From Lytechinus pictus (Eukaryota): DNA of 64,000 nt. Made by a program: the position numbers and the translations under genes. Below are positions 12,130 through 24,178 of the stretch, one piece after another; position 1 is the stretch's first letter; each line of letters starts with the position of its first letter. Under the pieces are notes generated by a model. It did no database searches, was not told the origin of the DNA, and was given only the letters and a program-made list of their open reading frames with translations. The DNA lies in contig NC_087245.1 in the NCBI RefSeq assembly GCF_037042905.1, positions 40,984,001 through 41,048,000 of the forward strand, in the 5' to 3' direction.

Positions 12130-14162
12130 TGTAACATCCCAGAATTAAATAGTGTAATACTGCCAATGTATTGTAATTTTGGTTATAACTTGTAATATGT
12201 ATTGCATGTAGTTTGGTATAATCTACACTGGGCAGTTTCTGAATAGAGTTTTCTTAGAATAATCCATGACTAATTCCCTCTGTCCAGTGCAGAGATTTTT
12301 CTGTACACTTCGCTATTGGAAAGAGAAAGTAGAAAGTCCTAAAGTCATCTCATAGGAATGTTGTGGTCACCTGTGGAAGGGTGGAGGCAGAGAGAATCTG
12401 AATGAAGAAGATTATATCCTATTCATTCCATCTCACACCACCTTTGAGACAACATCTAGAGAGAAGACATCTTAATATATTTTCAACACTTGATTTTTCC
12501 ATGTCGAATCCAATCCATTAGGGGTAAGTTGAATCCCAATTCACATTTTAAATAATGATATTTATAAATGTTTTACTTTGATCATTGTTGTTTAATATGG
12601 ATCAAGAATAGCATAATATATTTTTGTTCTCTAAATATTTAGGATAAGTTAGTACTTTTTCTGTGAGATATATGTATGTTCATTTTCGTTTTGATCCTTT
12701 AAATGTGTTTTCTATTTCTTTTGTTATGAATGTTCCTTAATGTAGTATTTGATATACATGTGCTACATTTGATTTGATTTCATATGTTGTGTTAAGACAA
12801 AGGTCTCGAAGTATTTTATCGAACATGATTCGCGTGGATATTTTGTATTAATTACTCTAATTGAGGTTAACATAATTCCGTTGATTTAAATAATCCAATC
12901 ATGCTTCATAAACTTCTTTGTTCGTATTTCTTAGAGGAGAAATGATATTATTGTTGTGTTTTACTTAAAGTAACATTGTTATTTTATCGGTATTATTGTG
13001 CTAAATAATATTAGTTTCATCTAATAATTTCTGTGGGGTCAGAAATTGACTTTATTTGCTTAGCATTATATTTAGGATTTATATCCAAAATGATATTGCT
13101 TGATTATGTTAGATTCATCTGTAGATATTCATACTTTGCATTGATGTTTGCGTAGTTTAAGTTTATACGAAACTTAGTACCTTTAAGGCTGTTGCTAGGC
13201 GACAGACAGCATTCTGATACATATTGGGGCTGTTGGCCAGTTGCATCATTCATAGTAGTTGGCAGTGTGACGTCATGAATCACGGCACATGCTGCAGAAG
13301 TTCTGTGGAGCTTCATGGTCATTGTTTAGGTTAGGAGTGATAGGGTCACTCAGGAATGTAGTTTTATTGTCTAGGGACTAGCCCTGTTCACACTGAAACA
13401 ACTTGTTATTTAGTTGCAATGTACTTTGGGGAGTACTAGGGTCTGTTCATACTTGAGATTTAATCTGATTTAATTATTAATCCGATTTAACTTTAGTCTG
13501 GTTTAACTTTAATCGTTTACTTGTATTTCAAGTTACGGTTTTGTTTTTTCATAATTTATTATTATTCAATGATATCATTGACAATCAGCTTGAACTATTT
13601 GAGTTTATTTTAATGAAATTCTTTTTGACAATCATGTTTATTTATCATTACATATATTCATTTAATCATTCATGTTATCTTATAACTTAATATATAATTT
13701 CTTTGATGTTTATTCTTTGTATCTCTTTCCTTCTTCTCATTTTCTCTCTATTCTATTATACGTTTATATAACGCCTTATTTTGTCGTGTTATTGCATATT
13801 GGTTGAGTGAAACATGTAATGTGATGATAGTAGAGTCGAGCTACCAGCTTACTACTTTTATTACTGATTGTTTGTATTGGAACTCTTGATGTATATGACA
13901 ATTTATGATTCTTTATTTTCTATTGTTTTCCAGGGTTTTTGTTATTCTTGTAAATAAAGTATGGCATCAAAAGAACCTAGACCGCAATTCTGAGTCGTAT
14001 ATTCATCTCAATTTTGTGTGTCACACCCCTATCAAAATACCCTGGCGCCCGCTCCTAAATGACACAGCCATCTTGGATATCATCATCTTGAGTCTTCAAC
14101 AGGTTAATAGTGGCATCATGGCAATTCTGAGTCGTATATTCATCTCAATTTTGTGTGTCACA
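12130..14162 (+). repeat. 3' LTR (2033 bp)
   Basis: Copy of 4447-6483 with about 9 substitutions and one 4-bp indel by eye. Confidence 0.97.
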
Positions 14163-14394
14163 TGTTCTTATATAGGTGGCAGAGCTCTGCCGTAGTGCTT
14201 CCTTTATTGTATATGCTGGTCAAGATGGGTCTTGTTATTTTTGTAGACATATTTTTCATTTATATTAACTGCACATCAGCACCACAGTTACACATGAATA
14301 TACACACAGTCACTATCACACGCACCTTCACCACAAGCACGCTCGCAGTATATCCCTTACATAATCGCCGGAACTTTACATTATATCAATTTTG

Positions 14395-17300
14395 ATGGAT
14401 TCACTCTCTTTTATTCCTGATAATTTAATAGAAAATTCACACAACAGTAAATATTACACACCTCAAGAATTTAATAACATATTTAATAATAATCATTATG
14501 ATATTTCTCTTTTACATGCAAATTTAAGAAGTCTGAATAGAAACTAAATTAAATTTTCTGTTATTGGTATTAGCGAGACGTTGTTACACGTAAATTCCCC
14601 AGATTTGTTTAATTTACCAGATTATAAGCTGATTAGGGCCGACCGCAAAGGGAGAAGAGGCGGAGGGGTAGCCTTCTATATTGCCGAAAAACTGAAATTT
14701 AAAATCCGTTCCGACGTGAAACTTTTACATGCCGAATCTTTGTTTATTGAAATTGAAAACACAGAATTTAAAAATGTCGTTATAGGTTTAATTTATAGAC
14801 CACCAGGTTCTAATTTTGATTCATTTTATGAGGAAACAGAGCAATATCTCCATATAATAAGTAATGAAAATAAAAACTGTTTTATTATTGGTGATTTTAA
14901 TACCAATTTCTTACCCTCAATCGACAATAATAAATCAAACAATTTCATGAAACTAATGTACTCATTCGGCTTCAATCCATTCATAAATAATCCCACTAGA
15001 ATCAATCAAAATTCATCAACTCAAATTGATAACATTTTTTCCAACGTACATAACATGAACAGCAAAATGATAGGAGGAATTCTATGCTCTGAAGTTTCAG
15101 ACCACTTGCCAATATTTCTAACTTGTGATTTAAAACTACCATACCTCAAAACATTTAACAAACATACATATAGAAGAGAATCTAAACGTAATATTGAATT
15201 ATTGAAACAAGACTTAGCAATTGAGGAATGGGAGGATGTCTATAATGAAGTTGGAGCAAACACATCTTATAATCGCTTTAATGATAAATTACAACATTAT
15301 TACCATAAGAATATCCCCATAGGTAGAATGAAAAATAATCGAAAAAAGACCCCCAAACATCCCTGGATAACAAAAGGTATATTGAAATCAATACATACAC
15401 ATAATCGCCTTTACAAGTCACATTTACACAAACCGTCCGAAGCTAACTTAAAAACATATAAAGTATATCGAAACAGATTGACAAAATTAATTCGTATATC
15501 ACGTAAAATTTATTACGCTAATAGAATAAAGAATGCCAGTTCAAACACTAATGCAACTTTGAAAATCATTAAAGAGGTAATGGGAACAAAGACAGATTCC
15601 CCTCCTACTGAGGATATGACTCTAAACGGTTTTAAAATTGACTCTTCCCTTCATGCAAATTCATTTAATTCATTTTTCACAAATATCGGACCCGAACTTT
15701 CAAGCAAAATTAATAGCCCTAATGCGCGTTTTACCGACTATCTCCCCGAACCTAATCCACACTCTATATTTTTTAACCCTACGGACCCAACTGAAATTAT
15801 CAATATTACACCGCCGGGCGCCCGCCGCCCGCCCGCCAGGGCTCGACTTTAGCGGGAGCCCGCGGTGGCAATTGGCTCCCTAAAACCTTGGCGGGCTCCT
15901 TAGAAAGTAAATCAAAATGCCCGGCTTGCTCCTTAAGTTTTTCTAGTATCAGCCATGAAAGTTCATTCGTAAAAACAGTGAGTGACCTCGTAACTGTCAA
16001 CATTGTTACATTGAGCCTGTGTTGCTTGGTTACAATGTTATGTCCCCATGGCAGGGGTCATTGTATGAGCCCCTTGGGCATTCCTAGTGCCTGTAGCTGA
16101 GTTTAATGTAAACAAAGATGTCTATTCTGAAATAATGGATGAGATGAATGTCGATTTGAGTGGAAATTGAATATGCAATGAAACAGATTGAGCAAAGGAT
16201 GAAAATATCATATTTTGGGAAGGTTCTGAAAGAAAAGTGTATTCCTAGTGGTTAAATGCATTTTCAATAGTTTTTGTCACTTATTTTCCTCTCTGCAAAT
16301 GATATTAATTATTGCTTGCTCAATCTGTTGAGCAATATTGAAGATTGAATGAATATGAATTTGAACAGACAAAGCGAGGAAGAGTGACTTATCCAGTGCT
16401 ATATCTCATTCTGATAAAACCTGAAGTCCAATGTTAAAGGGCTTCACAAAAGTCAATTGCTGTAAGATTAATTCTTCAGTTCAGTTAATCCTCACATTTA
16501 CTTAATAATGATACACCTGGTATTGATGATTATAAAAACAAGGAATTGTGTTGGTGTGTTTTAATACTGACCATTGTTATGACCCCCCAAAAATGTGATA
16601 AACTTGGGCTCCCTGAACCCCTTGCGGGCTCCCTAAAAAAGTGGTTGAGGAGCCCGGCTGGCTCCCTAAAAAAAAAGTAAAGGTCAGGCCTGTGACTGTC
16701 ACGGTCTCTTAACAGTTCAAAATCGCATGGACATGATAGAATTAGTATGTCTCTTTTAAAAGAAATAATTCACCCACTTGCTAATCCTCTTAGTAACATT
16801 TTTAATAAATCATTATCACAAGGAGTTTTTCCTGACTTATTCAAAATCGCCAAAGTCAATCAAATTTTCAAAAAAGACAATCCTCATGAAATTAATAATT
16901 ATCGCCCCATTTCTCTTCTCCCAACTATATCAAAAATCTTAGAAAAAATAGTATTTAACAGACTTTATAAATTCATCAGCAAACACAATCTGCGAAATTC
17001 TAATCAATATGGCTTTAGGAAAAATTACTCAACAAACTTGGCTTTAATCCAAATCTATGATAAAATTACAAACGCCATTGCTAACAAAGAACATGTCATT
17101 GGCATATTTTGTGACCTTAGTAAGTCATTTGATACACTTAATCACGACATTCTACTCTCAAAACTTAATTATTATGGCGTACGAGGTCAATCCCTCCTTT
17201 GGTTTAAAGATTACTTAAGAAATCGAAAACAATACGTCGCATTTAATGGTTATGACTCTGACTCACTTTTAGTTCGTTGTGGTGTCCCTCAAGGCTCCAT

Positions 17301-18605
17301 ATTAGGCCCACTATTATTTTTACTATATATCAATGACATTATTAATACATCATCCATTTTATCTTTTGTATTATTCGCTGACGACACAAATATTTTTTTT
17401 TCTCATACAAATCCCACTTCCTTATACAATATTTTAAATCATGAAATAAACAAAGTATCACAGTGGTTCAAAGCTAACAAATTATCTTTGAACACACAAA
17501 AAACTCATTACATATATTTTAAACATCACTCTCATATATCTAACACTCAATTTCACCTACAGATTGACGGCAAGTCATTATATAGAACGGAAAACTCACT
17601 CTAAATTTTTAGGGGTTATCATAGATGAAGCTTTATCTTGGAATGAGCATCTGCACCATATTACAATGTGTATTTCGAGAAGCATTGGAATTATTTCTAA
17701 GTTAAAATTTATTTTGCCTCTTAAAACTTTATTCCTATTGTACAATTCCTTAGTACTCCCCTATATTACTTATTGTAACGTAGTTTGGGCTAATTGTGGC
17801 TCAACAAAGCTGACTTATATTTTCAAATTACAAAAGAGAGTTATTCGCATTTGTACAGGATCTCATTACTTGGCTCACACTGATCCATTATTTTTTAAAC
17901 AGAAAACACTAAAAGTTGCCGACTTATATGCTCTTCAAGTAGCTTTCATTATGTTTAAGTATATTAATAACCTACTCCCTTCGTCTTTTGATGATATGTT
18001 TAAGTTCAATAGTTCTGTCCATACCTACCCAACTCGTATATCTAGAAACTTTCATCTCACAAACCCCAGACTGTTAATTACCTATAAATCAATTCGACAT
18101 CATGGTCCAGACACTTGGAATAATCTTGCAGAAAATATTAAATCTTGTTCCACTTTATACTCTTTAAAATCAACTTATAAAAGAAATATCATTCGATCTT
18201 ATTCATCCCAACCTTCAAATTAATCCTCATTTATCACTATAAATTAAATAAAAAATATAAATTATACAGCTATCTTCTGCACCCGCACCTGCACCTGCAT
18301 TGCACCCACTTGTTCAGTAATTACCAACCATAGTCACGAACCCTTTTTATGAGGCCGCCATCAATTACAAGCTTAACCGCTCACGATGGCGGTCTCCTGC
18401 GTTCATTAAATTTTGTTAATGTTCCTTTTTTTATTATTGAAATGTGAAGTATATGCCCACACCATTTTTTCCCTTCAAATTATGTATTATGTTTATATTG
18501 TATGCATTATGAATTATTTTGTATATTACAAACAATGTAAATATTTGTGATAATGTATTGTGAACGCAGAAATAAAAATAAATCAAACAAACAAACAAAC
18601 AAACA
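14395..18605 (+). mobile_element. L2/CR1-group (Crack/Daphne-like) LINE, APE endonuclease + RT, disrupted
   Basis: GISET, GDFN and SDH endonuclease motifs; PQGSILGP and FADD RT motifs. Stop at ~14545, 891-bp insertion, frameshift at ~17590; AATAAA plus (CAAA)n tail. 5' boundary uncertain and may continue left of the Gypsy insertion. Confidence 0.9.
15811..16701. mobile_element. 891-bp insertion containing a hAT-like MITE (15837-16692) plus short foreign flanks
   Basis: The LINE frame reads EIINIT|RSLNSSK across it. Imperfect TIR CAGGGCTCGACTTT / AAAGGTCAGGCCTG; repeated GGCTCCCT subterminal motifs. Confidence 0.75.
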
Positions 18606-18749
18606 ACTTTTTAATACATTTTACCTTCAAAATTGACTCAATAGACCATTGCCATTAAAGACATGAACCCTTTCCTGGTTGTCCTGTCAAGCACATAATT
18701 AAACTTGGTGAAGGATTCAATAACCCCTAGAAAATAGGATTCATGTCTT

Positions 18750-19257
18750 TTATAGGTACCATAACATAATTTGTTTCACATAGTAAAAGGATTTGAATAA
18801 TTACAAATTCTCTCAATTAATAATGCAAATCTTAGTACTTGGGTTGACAAAAAGTCTTCTTTTCTTACTTATGAAGGAAATTCCATGGTAAAATAAGTTA
18901 AAATGAAATAAAAAAAATTATTCAGGTAAATAAATAAATTTGTAAGTGAAATTTGACAGCATAATTCGAACATTATGGCAAAGATAACGTAAAGAACTAA
19001 AGATTAAGAGGAAGTCTGCTGATTAGCCAAAAGCCTAATCATCAAATTTCTAATTTCTGCCATTTTTGCGCAAGCCTTTTTTTGAACTCCCGACAAAAAC
19101 GTCCCGTATTCACTCAAGCATGAACAGAATTTATTTTTTAAAATGGCCATTCAAAGATAAGACTTCAGAGCATCTATTAACATAAAAATATAGATATAAT
19201 GATTTGAAACACATTTTTTATAGACTTCAAAACTGTCCCGTTTTTTTATACGCACTG
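18750..19257. mobile_element. Right arm of the Tc1/mariner-like MITE that starts at ~3326
   Basis: Ends CGCACTG followed by TA; inverted similarity to 3326-3818. Confidence 0.7.
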
Positions 19258-19840
19258 TATATCGGGAAGAGAGACCTGCGGGTCTAGTGATTCAGTTCGC
19301 TTTTCGCATTCCACGCACACATGTCATGTGACGCCAAACAAATAATAATAACAACAAAAATTTGGACAAGAAACACAGTATTTATCTAAAATTTGACATC
19401 AAGATAATGAACAAATAATTTGTATATAAATCATCAAATGTATCATACATAGATAAACAATTTAAGTGGTATGTACTTTGGTCGGGACTTGACTGACACA
19501 TCAATCATTCTAACTGAATTTACTCCAAATTAACATACATCATGTACATTGCGCATGCTCAAATAGCTCGTATGCGTGATGAAAATATTTTCATCCAAAA
19601 CCGCCACTCATTGTCATTTCCTATTAGTGCAGCTGGAGAAAAAAATATTTGCAATGCTTGGACAAAAATTAACCAACAAAATATTTATACATCGATTCTT
19701 ATAAGGAACACTCTTTGATCGTCATTTTGATAAAGGCGGAATACTACGTCTCAAACTAAATATAGTCACGAATCGTTATGATATGGGTAATGTCTACATG
19801 ACAATCGTCATCGTATTGAAAGGAAAGCGAAATCGCTAAT

Positions 19841-19985
19841 ATGTTGTTTGAGACATTAACTCCACCGCCTTCTGCAGAAAGGCTCCAGATTTGCATGCGG
19901 AACCTTCTTTTTACTGGAATCTTCTTCATGTTTATAATTATTTTCATCTTCAAAGTTGAGAATAACATCACACCGAATTCACCAG
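19841..19985 (+). CDS. ST8SIA: ST8Sia-like sialyltransferase, predicted coding exon 1 (cytoplasmic tail and type II signal anchor)
   Basis: ATG 19841, MLFETLTPPPSAERLQICMRNLLFTGIFFMFIIIFIFKVENNITPNSP; donor CAG|GTTAAT, phase 1. Confidence 0.6.
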
Positions 19986-20143
19986 GTTAATGTTTGTCAA
20001 GGATAAAAAGGGAATATATATATATATTATATATTTAACAAGTAGAAATTAGTGTAACTTCATGCACTACAGACCCGTTTCGTAGGAACAACTCCTATAC
20101 ACAGTCGAGCACTCTTAACATGGTGTTATATATATACATGGTG

Positions 20144-20180
<37 letters not shown>

Positions 20181-20946
20181 AGAAGTTATACATGTACAAC
20201 AGCTTTGGCAACTCTTTTATTTAAATATTGTGTGAAAGAAATGGATGAAGAGAACAATGGTAGGCACACTCATACATACATACATATATACGCACACTCA
20301 TACATACATACATATTGTATGTACATACCACTGTTCTCTTCATTCACTTCATATCATGTAAAAAAAAAAAAGAGTTGCCGAAGTTCCTGTACATGTATAC
20401 TTTCTCACATGCGTGCTAAACCACAAAATGCACAAAATGATTTAAAAAAATTAGCTCAATTCGACAATGAAGTGTTAACGAGATTTTATAATGAAGAGCT
20501 TGATTCCAAATATAATGTAGCTAAATCCATATTGTATAGACATCGATTTCTGTCTTAAAATATTGATTTACAGAATGCAATCCTTACTCCAAAAGAATTT
20601 TCCCCAAATTACCATGTTTTAACGGAGTTGAACAGATTATCGATAGGACTGCATGCTAAATCACTACCAAAGACTTGCCGTTCCCCATTTCTGTTTGTAT
20701 TTTTGGGAGCAAACTTACTTCTCTATGGGTATGAGCAAGATGGGATAAGATTTTAGATTAGATTTAGATTTATTTATTTTCTGTCAACAGAATACAAACA
20801 TCACAAAGTTAGACATTTAAAGAATTTTCAATCAAACATTAAAATACAATAATAAACACAATTTGTCAGTAATTAAGGCTATGTTTCTCGTAAGAAACCC
20901 CCAAACTGCATATTTTCTGATTTTTCTAAATCTATTTTTTTATATA

Positions 20947-22676
20947 CACTACTCAAAAAAAGTTAAGGACCACTTTTTAAAACGTACATAAAGATTTTAT
21001 ACAAGGTGTTTTATTTCTGGAAATACCTCAGTACAACTGTCCTAAATGTTCTTAAACACGCTGTAATCAATTTCACGCATGGGTGGTTTCAGTTGTTGCA
21101 CAATGTCTCTCGCATCACTGCACATCCTGAAAAGTGGGCCCCGAGGGGTATCAGCTACCGACATGAAGTGGTAAAAACGAATATCTGAGTGTCTTTCAGG
21201 CAGTTCAGTAACGAGTGTGACCACCTCCTGCAGCAATAACGGCTTCACAGCGCTGTCTCATGGAGCTGATGAGGCGATTGATGTCTCTGACGTCCAGTGC
21301 ATCCCATGCAGCCTCCAGAGCCACACCCAGCTGCTGCAGTCCAAGTGGATGGGCTTCGAGCTGCTCGAGACTCCTCCCCATCATGTCCCAGACGTGCTCT
21401 ATCGGGTTTAAGTCCGGGGACCTCGCTGGCCACTCCATACGCTCAATCCCCTGGCCCTCAAGGAACTCGGTCACCACCCTAGCTCGGTGGGCACGGGCAT
21501 TGTCATCCATGAAAATGATGTTTTGTCCCACATTTTCTGCAAATGGCACCACTATAGGTTCAAGGACCTCATCCCTGTACCTCACTCCTGTCATTGCTCC
21601 CCCTGGGACCACGTAGAGACGAGTACGGTTGGCGTAGGTGATGCCTCCCCACACCATGACGCTGCCTCCCCCATAACGGTCATGTTCTGCAATACAGGGG
21701 TCTGCAAATCTCTCTCCTGGTCGCCTCCAGACTCTCGAACGTCCATCATTGTGGTCAAGGGAAAATCTGTTCTCATCTGTGAACAGAACTCTACGCCATT
21801 GCTGTCTGGTCCATCTGACATGCTCCCGGGCCCAGTTGAGACGAATTCTTCTGTGAGCAGGGGTGAGTGGGACACACTGAGCTGGCCGTCTGGCATGCAT
21901 ATTGGCTCTGTGAAGTCGGTTACGGATTGTTTGAGTGGAAACAATCACTCCAGTTGCTGCAGCGAAGTCATTGTTGAGGCGGCGTGCACTGTGAAAGCGG
22001 TTGCGGAGGCTGAGATTCGTCAAGTAGCGATCATCTCTAGGGGTTGTCGAAACTGGTCGGCCACTGCGGGGTCTCTCGGAGTATAGCCCTGTCTCTCGGT
22101 GTCTTTGATTTGCTCTGCTAATGACACTGTGTGACACGCCCATCATTCTGGCTACTCTTCGCTGACTGAGGCCAGCTTCCAGCATCCCTAGGGCTCTGGC
22201 TACATCTGTTTAACTTAGGTGGTGTCTTGGCATTGCTGTTGTAGGCAAGTTGTTGATTGTACAGACTAAAGACGGAAAATGCTTTGGAAGACACTTGTCT
22301 TATGGCCGACTGCAATGATGCCAGAGACATCATGAAAGAACTGCATGTGTGAAATTGATTTCATTGTGTTTGATGGCATCCTGGACAGCTGTATCTTGGC
22401 ATTGCTGTTGTCAGCAATTTGTTGATTGTAGAGACTAAAGACAGAAAATGCATTTGAATCCACATTTGTACCACTTCACAATAGGCCCACTTTTCAGGAT
22501 ATGCAATAATGCGAGAGACATCATGCAACAACTGAAACCACCCATGTGTGAAATTGTTACAGGGTGTTTGAGGAGATTCAAGACAGCCATATTCGGGTAT
22601 TTCTAGAAATACAACACCCGGTTTGAAAATTGTATACACACATTAAAAAGTGGTCCTTAACTTTTTTTGAGTAGTG
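20947..22676 (-). mobile_element. Tc1-family DNA transposon, 1730 bp
   Basis: Perfect 34-bp TIRs (20947-20980 / 22643-22676), TA TSDs, transposase ORF. Confidence 0.97.
21205..22233 (-). pseudogene. Tc1 DD34E transposase with one nonsense codon at codon 8; the remaining 326-aa ORF is open
   Basis: ATG at 22233 gives MPRHHLS*TDVARALGMLEAG. VLFTDE, MDDN...SPDLNPIE with 34-aa D-E spacing, GRP linker. Confidence 0.92.
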
Positions 22677-22959
22677 TATTACAGAAACAGAGAGTGAAAT
22701 ATATCATGATATTAGAAGTCTATGTAAAATGCCATTTTGCGCAGCAACCTTCACAATTTCCACTTCGGAAATCAATAACCAAGCACATACACTTCAACCC
22801 CCATAAATGCGGATCCAACTTTCGCCAACAGGGGGGGGGGGGGGGAATATCTTCTTCCATATTTTTCGCAATCAGCCATTAAATGCTGATTTTGTTGTTT
22901 TTGAGGGGTAGTCCTTACTACATTCTACATACGAAATATGGAAGTTTCCTGAAATATCT

Positions 22960-23690
22960 TTTGCTTGGTTAGCAATCGCTTGTGCTTGAAGCAATTGCTT
23001 GCCAGCAATTTCTACTTTAGTAGCAATTGCTTCAAGCACAAGTAATTTCTAGTCAAGCAAAAGATCATGCCTTAGCAATTTATTTCGCATTTTAAACCGT
23101 TTGCTTGTCTAATTCAGAAAGCAGCTGCTGGCGGTTTGAACATAAAGGTGTGAACACGAGTCGACTCTCAGAACAAAGGATCATTCGAATGCAAACATGG
23201 CAAAGGTCATGATGAAGGACGGTGTATACAATTTCATACATCTTTTCCTCAGACGTGGTGTCAAACTATCCATTTTACTTGTTTCCAATAATGAATTTAT
23301 ATAGTTGGCACTTACGAGGAATAAAACATGTAGGCCCTATATACATGTAGAATACTGTACACCTTGGGGATCTCTCTCATGTAAGACGCGAACGACTCGA
23401 TCAAGCAAACGCTCAATCTGCTCTGACGGAGCTTGAAAAACCCAAACAAAAACTAAAACGGCCCTCGCAAGCAAACGTTTGCTTCAAGCATACACTTTTT
23501 AGCAATTATAGCTTATAGCATATGCGAGCAGGCAGTTAGCAATTGCTTGAGCTTACTAGCAAAAGCATTTGCACCCTCATTTATATTCATACGAAATCAA
23601 GCAAAAACTCTCGCAAAAGCAATTGCTACGTACTTCTTATGCATCTGACACACTGAATCAAGCAAAGGCAAAGCAAAAACCTAGTTTTTA
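22960..23690. repeat. Probable MITE with AGCAATTGCT palindromic subterminal repeats
   Basis: AAGCAA/TTGCTT motifs cluster at both ends; internal palindrome CTTGTGCTTGAAGCAATTGCT...AGCAATTGCTTCAAGCACAAG. Ends not defined. Confidence 0.45.
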
Positions 23691-24178
23691 GGATAATTTT
23701 TTTCTGATATTAGAGTGATATTCAATCATTAAATTTTGGTAAAATATAGTAAGGTCTACAAGTTCATCAGGATACGTACATGGAAACACCATGGAGCTAT
23801 TATATGGAAACACTCGGGTTTTAAGAAGAAGAAAGAGGGGTCAGCAGCTGCTGATATACCAGACAAAACATGCACAACAAGTTAATGAAAGGTCACCTAA
23901 CTTTATCAATTAAACACGAAATTACCCTTTTATTTTCAGTCCAGCCAAAGGCTGTAATTTGGACTGTAAGTAGCTCTTAGAATAAAGAATCAATGAAGGA
24001 AAAAAATGCAGTTATAAGTCCCTTTGTATTTATCTGTCTTTAAACAAAGAAAATAATAGTGTCTTCTAAAAATAATCAAACATTGTGTGGGGAGGAGATC
24101 CCAACTATTTAGGACGAGCCGGTTAAGAGTTTAGGCCGTTGGTATACCGAAGACCTGAAAGATGTAGGAAGAATTATT

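Larger units (their letters stand above)
4447..14162 (+). mobile_element. Full-length Gypsy/Ty3 LTR retrotransposon, coding-defective
   Basis: TG..CA LTRs, 4-bp TSD TGTT (4443-4446 / 14163-14166), PBS, PPT, gag then PR-RT-RH-IN order. Confidence 0.97.

Noticed and set aside
23197..23303. Alternative first exon of the sialyltransferase
   Set aside because: Lies within a repeat-like region, is weakly hydrophobic and has no good in-phase donor.
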